Origin: Ascidiella aspersa
Taxonomy: Eukaryota
Assembly: GCA_963924565.1 (NCBI GenBank)
Contig: OZ004613.1
Coordinates: 12,896,001-12,960,000, forward strand
Length of the DNA: 64,000 nucleotides
Direction of reading: 5' to 3'
Position numbers and translations under genes: made by a program. Below, in pieces: positions 27,101 through 42,100 of the stretch. The notes under the pieces are model-generated. The model worked only from the letters and a program-made list of their open reading frames with translations, did not search any database and was not told the origin of the DNA. How positions within the stretch are numbered: the stretch's first letter is position 1; each line of letters starts with the position of its first letter.

Positions 27101-30100
27101 AGCTCAAATTGGTATTCAATTTTATATTACTAAAAGAAGCTAAATAACACTGATTTTACTTTGCCCTGAGAGTTAATGAGACTTGAATTGGCAGAATGTG
27201 GATTTGGACTGGAAATTGACATGTTATTTGTTGAAAATGACTAGACTTGGACTTAAGTTATCTTGCGCCCGACTTGAAACAAGGATGTCCAGTTCCCATT
27301 CCCATCATCGATAGTACTTCTGGGTGTTTTAAATCAGAATGTCTGGGAAGTTTAATCGGAATTAATTTGCTGAGAAATAATGTGAAACATGCCAGTTTAT
27401 CTGGATAAAAGCCGAAGCTTAAATTTCAAGGTGCACTGTTACTAAAGTAAGGAATATTGCATAATATTAATATTACTGATATCTAACTCAGTCCCAAACA
27501 GTAATGGTAAACTATTGTATACTTGATATGCTGCAGTAAGGCCGAATCTTTACGATTTGATCTAAACACAGAAAAGAGTCACAATGGTTCAGGGTAAAAT
27601 TAAACCACCAAAACTTAAAAAAAATAAAGTGAAATACCAAAGGAAAACAAAATTAAAACGAGCATCGGCATGCAGGTGTGATAAATTACGTCGAAACACT
27701 CGTGTAATTTGCTGGTGACACCAATCCTTATACCTAACGGTAATAGACAAAAATGTAGATAAATGATAAAAAGCAAAATACAGTACATAGGTGTACTCAC
27801 GATTGTGCATAGGACGTTCTTGACCTACAAAATCAACACATTGCATCACAACTCAATGCTTCTTGGCCAAATGATTCGTGCAAACCACAGGACAATGCAT
27901 ACGTCATACGTCCGAAGTTTATAGGGAAAAAAATTGCATTTTAGCTATAAGTTCTAAAAGTGTGTTTGCCTTCGTTATTACAATACATTTTTCATGGCAT
28001 AACATATACAAAAGTTAAAAACTAATAAATAAAGGCCTCGTTCCTTCAAATCGACAGATTGAGTAAATCTAGTATTCTTGCTTTGTTTATTTCAAATAGT
28101 GGCGTAAATTTCCTGACGTGCAATACCGAATTTATAACGTGTATATCTGTACAATATTCGATGGGCATAAATTCCACGACGACTACAACGACCAACTTTT
28201 GAAACAGTATCCGGCATTGATATTTTTCGTTTGGCAAATGTCAAATATAATTAGGTTTTGTCGTGGTTGTAAACTTTAATATGCTTCAATCAGCAACTCA
28301 GCCGCCGATAATTCAACCAGGCAAGATTACCAGCTCACCAACGCCTCTAGGTTCAAAGCGAAAATATATATATATATGCTTCACAAGAACGTTGGACAGT
28401 GCTGCGTGCACGACATGTGATGCTATAGCACTTAACAAATTTAATAAAGCATGCTGCTATACGACCTGGCGCTACCCCAAACCGCTATCTGATAAGATAA
28501 AGTTTGCCGATTAAAAAGCTCGCGCCATGTTTAATGCACACCAACGCCCAATTAAACCCACACCGCAGCTGGCTAATCGACAGTCAGCTGTTTGTCAGGA
28601 ATCCAAAGGTGTCACAAACACAACGGAAAAAGTGAGTGACAACGAACGCACTATCGATTTCGCCATACTGACAATTTTTTTTTGAAGAAAATGGTTTGGC
28701 AAGCCAGAATATAACTAACGAAAAACTAACATTGGCCAAAAATGTGAAAAAACGTATGTATATGAAAGTGGAAAATGCTACTCGAGATTTCCAGCTTTAA
28801 GAAATATGAAACAACTTACATTAGGAAAAAAACAAAAAAAAATATAGAAATGTTTTTTATCTTCGAGAACTTTTTTATATATGTCACTTGTTGATTGTAA
28901 AGAGGATAACGTTACATTTTATGCTACTTTAAAAATTATATAGGGGTCATAACTTTCTGATTACCAGAACTGCGGAGTAACATTAATTTCAGAACCTGAT
29001 AAAATGTCGGGAAATAATAACTATTGATCAATATTTGCTTTTCCCAAGTATCTGTGATACGAAGAAAATAAAACGTTCGCAATTACCGAAGCAGCACCCA
29101 AACTAAAAACGGTTTACAGGTTGAGAGGATATATGCAGATAGGGCAACTCAGCATATATCGTCAATTAGTGTCATACATCCATAGGCGCGATACCTGACT
29201 AAAATCTCGATTTACTGCAATATCAACACGTGCTGTATTATCAAGGCCATCTCATAAAGTAGTAGTGTCCCATTTACGCCTGTAAAAACGTGATTTGTGA
29301 CCGCACTCCTATTGGACGCCCAACTACATAAATTCTGTGACAAAAACGTAAACATGTCACTACGACTTGCATCAAAAAATGCGGAAGCGAAAATGCGACA
29401 AATAGGCATAAACGTCCATTAGCGAGATTATAGAATTCGCAAATATTCGATGATTAATTATTAATAATCGCTTTTCATGCGACTGTCTATCGATGCAACG
29501 AACTGTCTGCTTTCCAACGACAGGTAAACAATTATTAAAAACTACTATAGTATTACAGGGCGTGAAATTTTACAGTTAGGCTTCATTAGTGAAATATAAA
29601 CTGAATGTTTATTTGACAAAAATAAACATATTCGATCATTTTAAACAGGAGTCAGCTTTACTAAATTTGCAGAACTTCTAATTTATTTCCTTATTACATA
29701 TTTTACGCCACACAATTAATGGTATGAGACATAAACGCCAAAAATATTATTTCATTGGGCGCTCTTCCACTTAAAAGCAATTTATTGACATTGATGGAAA
29801 AACGTAGTACGTCGTGAAAATAAATCTAAGGCGTTTTAATGCCGGACTGCGAATGCGAATTCCTAATACTCGCCTGCAAAAAGCAACGTTTCTCGATAAA
29901 AGTTCGCATGAGCGCAACAGAGAAATTAACAAATTTTCTTTAACAATTATATGGAGTTCGGAAAGTGTCAAATCGCTAAGGAGGTGCTTCGTCAAAGCCT
30001 TCCGAACATATGGCGTTTAAAGAGCGCCTCCATTTTTGTGTCGAAATTACGACGCTCGATATTTGGGTTATTTTGAACCGATGACTGAAATCCTTTATTT

Positions 30101-33100
30101 TGAGCAAGATATGGCAATTCAGATCGATACCACGCACTTGTGAATAAAATGCAACTGCCAAAAAGAGTGCAACGTTTTAGGGCAAGGCATCGAGACATAT
30201 TTAACGTGGCCCAGTATCTAATGCGCTTCTTTGTCCCCTAAAGGTAATTTGCCGGGTGTATAAAAAGGGGTTTGGATAGCTGACCACCTGATAACATCTA
30301 ACAAGTCAATTAAGATGCCCCGCGAGATCCGTGACGCACCTAAGCATTAACAGGAGCCACTTAGCCAAATTTCGAGACGTCGTCTTTTGCCCGCCACTGC
30401 CTCAACGAAGCGCAATGCATTTACTTGCAATACGTTTTTTCTCGAATCGTTAATGGGTTACCACTTTATAAATGCGCAAGCCTATATCGCTATGGCCAAG
30501 TCGCCCACCGTCGAAGATCAGAACGAGATATTAACGCACTCGGTATTGTGCACTTTAAATAAAAATTTCCAAACTTTTAGTACATATCTAACTCCCACTA
30601 CACACGCACGCGAACTTACGTCTTGCTCTTTCGCGACGTGCGCGCATCGTGATTGGACGAGAGGCAGCACTTCCAGTTTCGCTGAAGCGAAACCTGGATG
30701 GCCGGGATGCGCCATATGTAGAGGATCGGGTTGGCGAGCGAGTTGAGCGATCCGAGTACGAACACGTAGATCGCGTAGTCGGTGAGTCGGGTGCTGTGGT
30801 AGTCGATCGCGTAATCCTGCGGAATACGGGGAAGGTCCAGGTTATTTTCATTAATATATTTTCAGTTGTTACTGGAAAGTGACGTGATTAGACGTCCCAT
30901 AGTCTTAAACTGTTTGTGGAGCTGTAAAACAACTTGTACAATTTCCAATAACCACAAGATAAGAAAAAATACACTTTAATTTGTCTTTTGCTGATGATTT
31001 TTTTTTTTTGGGGGGGGGGGGCGTGTTGAAACCTTTTTGGTGGTACCATGCATGGCCTGATGGGCCTAGTGTGAGCAAACTATGATTAGGCATACGAGGC
31101 AGGAGCCTGTGCATTGCAAACAATGTTAATCAATTGGAACAAATTATTTTTTTAGATTGTTGCTCCGATAATAAAAGGTTATAATTGCCATCAATTTTTT
31201 ACGGGCCTCTGACTTTTTAAAATCGATTTAAAGACACAAGAGCCATTCGTGAAGGGGCGATAGGTCATAATTATTCCAAAACGATATTTACGAAATATTT
31301 ATATTTTACGAACTTGAGTTACGCATACACAACTAATGGTGCACAGATGGCTTTAGTATAGTAATTTAAATTTCCAATAAGAGTTCCCCAAACCTTACCG
31401 ATAATATTGAAAACCTTTTCAGAAATGACAAAACTATGTTTAATTGAAAACGTGACGTCGCGACGATACGTCTAAGCAGCGTGACGTCATAAAAGGTGAC
31501 CCTAAGAACACGAAACGGTGCGTTTTGAAGGCTGAATGTTGAAAAGGTGCTACAATAGAAATACAACATTATACAAAGATATTATCCTTTCGCGAAAATT
31601 GCAAGCAAAATTGCAGAAGCTGGGTCTATTTGGCGGAAATTGCAATTTGGAAAAAGTCATGGGGTATGCTATAGTTACAGAAAAGTGCAACAAACACCTT
31701 CGAAAAATGCGATAAACCTAATCGTATATATATATATGGTTTAGAGCAGGGGTGGGCAACCTACGGCCAGCGGGCCAGATCTGGCAAATCATCTGGCCCT
31801 TGACCTATTTTACAAACTGGGCACGAAGCCATTCCTCATATTATTTTGCCAATTTTAACTAGCAAAAGGATTTTTTGTGCGGGTTTATTCCCTAATTGCC
31901 AGTCGTTGCGGTATGTTGTTATAATAAGATGCGTAAAGTCAAAGGCCCACAGATACCTTTCTGGGTTTAATATTGGCCCGGGACTAGATAAGGTTTCCCA
32001 CCCCTGATTTAGAGTGTCAAAACTGTAGTTTTTAAAGTAATTTAAAAAATAAGCGCTATCTTTTTATATTAAAAGGACAGAAAACGTTCGCAGGCGGTTT
32101 GAAAAAAAAATGCCTTTATGTTGTGGTTCTAAAACTCTTATCTTAAAAGTTACGATGAGACACGACACCTTTCGACAAAAACGTGTTTATCGAAACGGGC
32201 TAATATAGGCTATAAACTAACCTATTTGTTACCGTTACGCAGTCATGCTAGGCTAAAATAGCTGTCAACGCCAAAAAGTATGCTTAAATGATTGATCAGT
32301 ATTGTAAAATTGAAAATTGATTTTTACTTCTTTCATTTACATTACGTAAATTATACTAGCTACCGTGATACTACACTTAAAATAGCATAAAATTAAGTTA
32401 ACGGTTTCTTAATAGTAATATCGGTCGTGTAGGTCCAAAAAGTGTGAAAACCACTGGCCCGTCCAATGCGTCATTGTCAAACGATTACGTCGGAGGACCA
32501 CAATTGTCAAATTGCGCAGCGTAAGCTGCTGACGCATTCAAAGAGTCATGTGGCTCCCAGCAAACGTACGTAAGGCGAAAGCAATACACAAGGGGCGGTG
32601 GACAAAAAGGTTAGTAAATGTCTTTCGGCCGACTTAACTTCATAGTATATGTAACATTTTACTCTGACGGGTAAACTACGAATGAATGGAATTTACAGGC
32701 GTTCCACATATAAAATTCTTTACAAGGCATAAAATATAATTGTTATCTTTTTTAGGTTATAATAATAACACAAAGCCTAAGATTTTACATCAAGTTTACC
32801 CTTTGTCAATTAAAATTCTCTCCTAAGTGTTTCCAATAAGAAATGTGGAAAATGAAATCGGTGTGCTACAATTCAGTTAAAACAGTTTTAAACTAAATGT
32901 TGGCCGACATTTAAACATTCCAGTGAAAGGATGTAGGCTAAAAGCAACCCACACAATCACATATGTCTGTCGTAATATTAATTAAACTCTGGCATTTTAT
33001 ACAGGCGCTGATTAAGAATGTATTAATACGTAAAACGAATTTCTTCGGCTGTTCATAAGGTTTTTCAGCGCACCTCTCAGCGGGCCACATAAATTTGGCC

Positions 33101-36100
33101 AACTGGACCTCGCACACAGCACACTCGAATGTTGTAAGCAGCTAAAGTTTACGCCAAAGTTACTCGCACATGCCAAGTATTCGATCGTAGTTTAACGAGT
33201 ATAAATAAGGCTATTTACCTACATCTGCCAAATCAAGTTCCATCAACTATACATATGCACTATGCACCCATCAGATAATTAGTAATTTCCAAGTAAAAAG
33301 GCGTAACTCTGTGCATCACCTATAACTAAACAGTCACCCAAGGGGTGATAAATCACATGTGGGTTATCCTCTGCCAGTCCTTAAAAAACGCATTGCTCCA
33401 CGAATTCGGATTGCGGTGGGCAGATTGTACACCCCTGCTACAGGTCATATCCCCATACCCCTTTTATACACAGCATATGTACTAACGATAATGAGAATAA
33501 CGCCGCAGGGAAGCAGCGTGACGATGTAGATGAGTACGATGACGGCCAACGTCCGGATGAGTCGGATGTCGCGTAGTCGGACTCTATGTCCCGTCGCCTG
33601 CTGGTGACTGCGCCGCGCCTGCCAAAACACCAGCTTTGATGTTAAGTCTCTCATGCAAATCCAGAAACATCGCATGGCGAGAGTTCGTTTGTTCAAATTT
33701 GTGATTTTAAAATCACGTTTGAATGGTTCGTTCAAACTGAAGCATGTTCAGGGTGACGTATAACTAAAGTGCACTTCTGTTTGTCTCGTTTTTTTAAAAG
33801 CATATTTGATGTGCCTCATGGTTGTCTTTCTTGGTTAAAAGAGCAGCATTGATACTAAACACACATGTTTTATAGCATTATAATTACCTTGGGAACACTA
33901 TATTGTAATGCATTGTAATCGATTTCCTGTAGAATGAGTCGATTAAAGGTTTGCCAAATTGTATTACTCCTACATCTAGAGCAGTAACTTTATTTTATTT
34001 AAAATAAGCGGACTTGTTAAAATGTTAAAATTTCAATTTAGTTCAAACAGATGAGAAACTTTTTATTTTTCTTCTTATTTCAAAACAATTTGATTTTTGT
34101 GCCTCTGGCGATTCTTTTGAAACCGTTTTACGAGGTTGCTATACATTACAGTTTAAGCACGAAGTTAAACGCGTCGGTCAGCGTAGTTCGTCTTTATTGA
34201 TTTAGCATAGACAGTACTTTCGAATCTACAAGACACTGTAAAAAGACTTTGAATACTTTATCTAAGGTGAACCCGGGAAAAATAAATTTAAATTCATGTG
34301 TGAGATGATGTTAGTGGATAAATGGTTTCGAGTAGTGTCCGGTAAACATCAAAATTTTGATTTCCGTAAATTAAAAAATTCGTTATAATCTGTAAGGTTA
34401 ACCTAACGTGCTAACCATACCTTGATTTGGACCATACCTGAGCATTGGGCTATAATTATCTTAGGGGTAGCGTAACATTTATCTGAACCTAATGAACACT
34501 TGAAACCTACTCGTTTCCTCTAGGCTTCGCAGTCATCTACAAAATTGTCATTTTAGCCCCATAGTTCGATTTGCGAAAGCGCCTTTGACAACGTAAAGGT
34601 TGTTATAGCTGCGTATAGACGTCGACAGTGAATGAATGGATGCGAATTCTAATCGCTGCAAAACAGGTTAAAAGGACACTAACATCAAAGTTAGGAAAAA
34701 GCATTGTGAAAGATTTGATTTATGAACTTTGAAAAATTTTTACCGCAAAATCCCTAAAACCTATTACAATCACCCGGTTTTTGATACGCCTAGCCACTGT
34801 ATTGCTTACTTTTTAATATGAGTATTTTATTACTGGTATTTGAATTTGTTTAATACCGTTATTTGGAGAACGTTGAGTGTTAGCTGCACAATTATGGTCA
34901 AACTTTAAGATCGATCAAAAGTTTTTTTATATGCATGCCAAGATATTTGCTAAAATCGCAAGTGAAACTGATAATAATTATTAAGAATGTTTTTTAATTG
35001 CCATCGAAAATAACTTGCCTACGTATAGAACCACTGCTGTACGACAATTGTTATAACAAACACTCCCCTATATGAACCATGAAACGCTTACAAGGGACTA
35101 CTAATTTACACTGAACAGGTGAACTAATAATAATGGTATTATTTTTATTATTCATATTCCAATTCAAGCCTCCAACACTTCAAGTTGTTAATCTAAGATT
35201 CAAATAAAAGAATAAAGTACAAAAAAACGGGGTGTTTTATCGTGTTTGTGTTTGCAGTTTTTAGTAGCACTGATGTTGTCATTTTAGGCGTAACTGCAAT
35301 ATTCTGTCCTTTAATAAAGTTGTTTTAGATGTTTTTAGCCTTTGTCGTGCTTTTGGATCTTATCACTGTACAGTGCACAGTACACACTTTGAGGACAATG
35401 ACCATTGACCAACCTTTATAAAAATAAGTCCGTAAATAACGACCGGCAGCGGCAGCATAATGTAAACGTAGAGAATCACCACCAATATGTAGGACTTAGT
35501 GAAGGGGGGAATGATTTGCGAGCAGTCCGTTATGGGCAGACACTCCATGTAGCGGTCGTCGTGACACCTATGGAAAAAGGGGGAGAATTAAGTCAGTTGG
35601 TTGATTTTCGGAATAAGATTGTAATGTTGGTTGTAAATATTTGTGTGACGATTTTCTGGAGTTGCTGAGGTTCTTTTTGGTGTTTCAAATGTTGGCCCTA
35701 ATTTATGGAACTTGAATATAATTTGTTAAACTTTGGTATATTTAGCTTTGGTTGTTTAATTGTGTTCTACATTGGTGATTTTCTACTACTTGGGTTAATA
35801 ATTTTCAATGTCTCGTACTGTTTCCCAAAGTATCTTCTTTACTCCATAATCTTTACACCACTTGCCAAATCGTTCTTGATTGAAACTTTTTATCTGAGAA
35901 ACAGTAAGAGGCAGTAATTTAATGAAATTCACATCAAGCTGTTTAAAGTAGAAAAATCACATTGAAAGTCAAATTTACAAGGTTAAACCAAGTTTCATCA
36001 AAATGAGAACTTATAGTGTGCTAAATAAGCCGTATAGCATGAGAGTTACACGGAATGCGTTGAGGTCATGCAAGTTGGCGTGAATCTGTCGTGAAGGCTG

Positions 36101-39100
36101 CGACCACCTGTTGTTGATCGAAGAAGCTGTCGAATTTTAGCTGACGTCGGGAATTAATTATGCAAGAATGGGCGGGACCTAGGGCGGACTTTTGAACTGT
36201 ACGCCTTAAATAAATTATTGCTACCAGGCATAATAGTAGTAATAATTAAAAACACGCCTGTTTCTTCATCAAGTGACATGGCGAAAAAAGTATTAAAGGT
36301 GATATAGATGTTTGAGCGTGTCACAATCCGGGTGGAACATTTCTTACATGAAATTCATTCAAAGCAACACATTTAAGCAAAAGTCTTTCGAAATAATCTC
36401 AGAATATTTATCCGAGTAAACCATGAAAAGTATGCCAACACGTTGTTTGGCTTAGTCCAGTATTTTGAGAATGTTTTAAGTCTTATCGACAATCTCGTGA
36501 ATAGGGATGCTCAAAGTAGAATATCGAATCCTTGGATTCGAATCCAGATGGGATTCAAATCCAATTCTGCCGTTTATTTCGGGTAATTGGAACGGATATA
36601 ATTTAATGTTTTACCGCCGATTGGTGCGCCTAATTTGTACAAACGTGTGCGGTAAGTTGGCCTGTCGCCGCGGCGACCAATTTATAGTGCTTGCTTTAAA
36701 TGTAACCTCATAGTACAGTGTCAGCGTTTTTTCGGGCGACCAATTACCGCGTCTCGCGATAACGTTCGTCCAATAATTAAGTGTCAATCAAGCGTTATTG
36801 GGCGAGCGGCTAACGTGTAATGTCTGGTGTGGAGTTCGCAAATTCCCTAAATGCGTTAAGTTGCAAAAGTAACATAGCGTTGCAAAATGTGCTGGCCGTC
36901 CACAAAATGCGCTATGGGGTTACTTAAGGTCAACTTTAGGCCAATATTCAGTGAAGTTATGCAGTTATGCACAACGTAATTGTCAAGAATTCGTATCTTC
37001 TGTGTGCAGTGTTGCATTTTCTCACTATTGGCAAAAATATAAGTTTTGGACACAACCTGGACAGTTGACATATTACAGTTTACAGAACGGCTTCAGATTA
37101 CAGTTGTTAAGAATGCTAAACATATGGGAGATTTTTTTTATAATGTACATGTGTTAGCAAATTGTTTGGGCGATTTATTGCTGTGATTGTGGGCCCTGTA
37201 GGGTAGATTAAGATTAATCCCTTCCCCAAACAAAATCGAGGATAAATAATTTAATAAAAATATACTAGGATTCGCTATTCTGGATTCGTTATTCTAGATT
37301 CGAAACCTATTATTCTAGAATACCTTGGGATTCTACTTTGAACATCCCTACTCGTGAACCGTGGCTTTGTTGTGGATTCGCTTTTGGAAGGTGGCAAAAA
37401 TGGTACCAAGAGAGTTTGATTTATGGCGGACGATTTTATCAGCGGGCAGTGACCTCGTATGGGTCCGGTCTACGACGCTTTCAAAGCAGTGCTATAGGCA
37501 AATATAAAGGGTTATATGTTCGCTTTGCTTGGCAAAATACAAAGTGCGATTAAACTCAAGAGCGAAGCGAACGATTCGTTTTGAACATCAGACAGCACTG
37601 TTAAAAGGAAATTTTAACTCGTAAAACTTGTTGACAAGGTTTTGCACAACGTATTAGGTCAAAGGTAATTGGCTACTTTAATAACTTTTGACCTGACAAG
37701 GACGAGGTTTAATAACACTTTAATGGTTCCTTTTTGGTATAATTAAATTAAAACATGGCTAATCGAACGGTTTCAAAACGTATGACACTGTGAGAAAGTA
37801 GCTCCTAAGAGCAATATAACGTTGTTGGCTTAAGAATAATTTAGATTGAGGCATTGCAATGATATCAGCCTTTTAATTTCTTAATTATTAATAGATGTGC
37901 ATATTGGGAACTCATATTTTGCTTAATTTTTAGATAAGGTAATTGATCAATGTCATGTCCGTGGTAACGATACTACAAAGTATAAACATTAAGCTATGTT
38001 AAAACCGATCAAGTCTCACTTGCAGTGGTCCTGACACGACCAGCCGGACACCAGTGGCATCACGAGGAAGATCATGATTGGCATAATCCACGTGAAGAAG
38101 ATCACGCTGCTCACGCTCACGTGATTAAAGTACTTGCGGTGGTGACGACGATGCACAACCTGCATGTACCTGTTAGAGTATATTGTGTACACAGTTTAAG
38201 AATTATTCGTAAGATTAAAGGTGTTCATGTTTAAGCTAACGGCAAATGACATGTTTTACTTAACTGTGGAAAAAAATGAAAGATACAGTCGAAAAACAAA
38301 TGTTGTGCAGAAAGTACTTTTTTACCGATTGTGATGGTGTTTGTTAATACTTAAATACATATATGTAACAGTGTGTTGGTGTGTTTTTACCAAAGGAACA
38401 GAAAATCCAACTTTAGAAAGTGTAGCAAATTACGTGGTGAACAATATGACAATGGGACGAAAATAAAGTTTTGTTAACAGTTTTGCAACAATCACTATCT
38501 GTTGTTATTTAAACAGTAATACAACTAAAATAATGTAGATAGCATTGGTATAAAGTCCAAAGTCTTGAAAGGGACTGTTAAACGCCGAAGTTCGATGCCG
38601 TATGTCAACCGTGCGTTCTGGTTTACCTGGGACAGTCCCGGTTACAATCACATCAGTCAGTCAGCATATTTTGCAAGCTCCCATGTAAGCTCCTATTAAT
38701 TATTACCCAATCCGAAAAACATCATCAGCACCAATGATAGTTGTTTACCAACCCTAAATTGTGCAACATTCATTCAATTTATGTGATTGAACGACTGAAT
38801 GACAGCTCTCGTGATTTATTTTTTTAATTGACCAGTTATTAATTTAACCAGTTACAAATGTTTAAACAAGCATAACGTTTTGTTATAACATTCTCGTTCA
38901 AATTATTTTGTCTTCACTGATGAACAGACAAACAGACATGTAAGTTACAACATACTTTAAAACAGGTATCTTCAATCATTTGAACTGGCTTGAAAAGCTC
39001 CTCTTAAAAGTTCAACAATGTAGACAGATTTTAATACGCGGCAGGTTGTACTTTAAAGAAACGGAAACCATCTAATAGTTTTGCGCCTCTAAATCACTGC

Positions 39101-42100
39101 TTTGTTGACTCGTTGATATCAACATGTCAAATTTGAAAAAACGTGTTTTGACCTTCGACTTTGAACATGATGAGTATAGGGCAAACGTGGGCCACAGAAA
39201 ACGTATTTAAAGAACCAAATTTCCATCGAAATGCGTAGTCACGAAGTAATACGAATAGCGGCCTTGCAATATCTTAACAACGAGTCTTTGTTTGAAATCT
39301 TGCTTGCACCATAAACCGCAAATGTCCGATTAAAAAGCGGATAGACAACGGGTATATTGTTCAGCAGTTTACGGTTAGGGAAGTCCTAAAGCTTTATAAA
39401 ACAAGACAAAATACCCAAAGTAGCCATTTCTAGCATAACGTTGACCGTAAGTGTTCGTCCGACATTATCAAATAAACCATCCCGCTTATGTAAGTCAGGT
39501 GTGTCGTTGCATCACGTATGTTGCATACATTTGTTGATGTAACTCTAAACTTAAAATTCATTTGTGATTAAAACAAACAAGACGAAATACTCGGTGTGTA
39601 TAATTGGACATTTCCGTGCCTTTATCATAACATTTAATTCGACTTTGCCAATAAAATACATCTGATTAGACGTCCGCAGTATACTCTTTTCTGCAACAAA
39701 AGAACCGCAAAAACATCAAGTACTGTTTGTTGGCGACTCTCAGAAACAAGAAATGAAACTTAGAAACAGTTTCATTAAGAATCATGAACAAAACAAAACA
39801 GTTTGTTTTGAAAACTTTTGTTTCATGAACATCGCAAACTAAAGAATTCTGTTGATGTAACGTATTGCGAAGCGACGGAAATATGCCTAGATATTAATTT
39901 GAGTCAACAAACATCGCATATATGATGCAACACGTGTGGACCACCGACGGTGGCATCGCATTACGCAAAGTAATATGAATTAATCCCGAGTCGGGAACAC
40001 TTTAGAAAAACTATAGTCATTCATGTTTCACAGCTGTATGAAGAACTGCTAGTCAAACATAGCGAAGCTGCTTTGGATCACATCGAACTGGATTTCTTCG
40101 CATGTGCAATTGCAGTTTCGCTGCAAAATTCACTTTCACGTAGACGAAATTACAGGAATGCGAAACCCGCAACCGCGACCAACCAACCGTCGGCCCCCGT
40201 AAACCGATTATGCGCCTGCTGGGGCGATCAGTTCAACTGCTGTGACGCACCGTCGTTACACCTGGCCCAAATCAAATTGTTGGCTGTTTTGAGTGGCAAC
40301 GCGGCGTGTGGTTTTCACGACACTGTATATTATTTATGTTGCACCGATTATTTCGTTTGTGTGTGCGGTATTGTTTCTCAGTTTTATTGTTTGAACGCGT
40401 GTTTTCGTTTTCCTCTTTCTTTCTTACTCACGTAAATTATAACGCTTTTCCACTTTTGCACCTCACCTTTCACGCTTTATTTCTTATCTTGTCATGTTGT
40501 CGGTTGGCACCCAATAATTAGTTACATTTGACACACACACCTTATTTTCTCTCGTTGTTGTAATTGGCGTACCCGAAAACCAATGTTGGCAGTCGTGTTT
40601 TGGGCTAGCTTTGTATCATTATAGAAACCCTGGGAATTGACGTTTCTGTCACCTTTTTAGGCGGTGGCCGCTTTTCGTTGTTTTAGTGTTTTATTATTTT
40701 ACTTGTCGCTTATTTTAATACAACTAAAAGACACGTATTGTAGCGCTTGGCAGCCGACAGGCCGTGAAGTAGAGTTCTGGAATAGTTTAACGTAACATTT
40801 ATACCTGGAATTTCGTCCGTGCCCGTCAGCCGTGTTATTGCCAAGGCCTAATTAGCTGAATATACGCACAGAACGAAAATCATCTACGTCACGCAAGTCA
40901 AAACATTAACATACACAATGTTTATAATCTGCGACCAGCAGGCACTTCTGCAGTCGTACTGAACAACGATAACGGCACCTATCCCAAGGCAACATGTAAT
41001 ATTGTTGGAAGTTATGCATTTTCCATGTGTTGGTTTAGTAATTGAGTATGTTCTAAAAAATGTCTTTGGGAGAATAACGGCCTACGATAACTTAATGTGA
41101 CGAATCTACACGGATATCGCCCTGAAATCGATTTATAGTCAAGATACTAATCATTTTGTATCGGGTAACAACACACATCCTTTTTTTCAGATTAAGGATT
41201 GCTGCGTACATGACACTTCATGACAAATCAAACATGGGAATTTTCTTTGATGTTGCAAATCAAATATTGGGGAATGTTTGACGAGATCATTTGTTACTCC
41301 TTAGTAATTCAGGTTACTGGTGATAGTTAGCTTTACAAGTATATATTTTTCTAGTGATCTTGTTATTAAACCCTAAAATTTAAATAGCTATTATTGGATT
41401 GGACATCAGTATCTTTGTCGTAATAAAGTTAGATATGTTAAACATCCCTATAAGAAAATATGATGTTGTACGCAATACCACAAACCGGGTGATCAAAACG
41501 AAGTTCATGTGAATGGACAAAACGTTTTTCTTTATTGAGTCTAAAGACTTAAGGGTAGCGATCGTCATTATTCGCATATTACCATGCACATTGTTGGCAG
41601 CGAGCCAGCGACGTTCAAATTTTATCCCAGCAGTTCGGGTCCTACACAACACGATATTTAGTTCTACCCCAACCGAAGTTACGCGGCGGCAAACCGTCGG
41701 GCATGCAGCATGCAGCGCTCACGGCGATCATTTATCGTGTAGTGCGGTTTGGTGTGTACACACGATACGAGGGCATTAGCTGGTTCGCCACGAAGGCCGA
41801 CGGCAATTTTCGGGCCGCAAACGCTCACGAATGGAATAACGTGGCTTGATATTTTTAATGTTGACCGACTTTGCTGGCACTATCTGAAGGCTCACTGGCC
41901 CCCGATGCTTGGTTGGTGTATATCGCTGTTTGATCTGACCAACCAGAAAAACATGACACATAGAGTGTGCGGCAATGCATTTCGTTTTCTTTTGACAAAA
42001 AAACGGTAACAAAACTGCACATGCAAAAATAGCGATCTCGCCTTGTTTTTTCGAGATCCGATACTTTTTTGATTGACTGTTTCTCACGGTTATGTTCACA

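Noticed and set aside
30997-31021. Poly-T/poly-G junction, plus (TA)n at ~19890 and (CG)n at ~10120
   Set aside because: These are ordinary simple repeats with nothing pointing to function.
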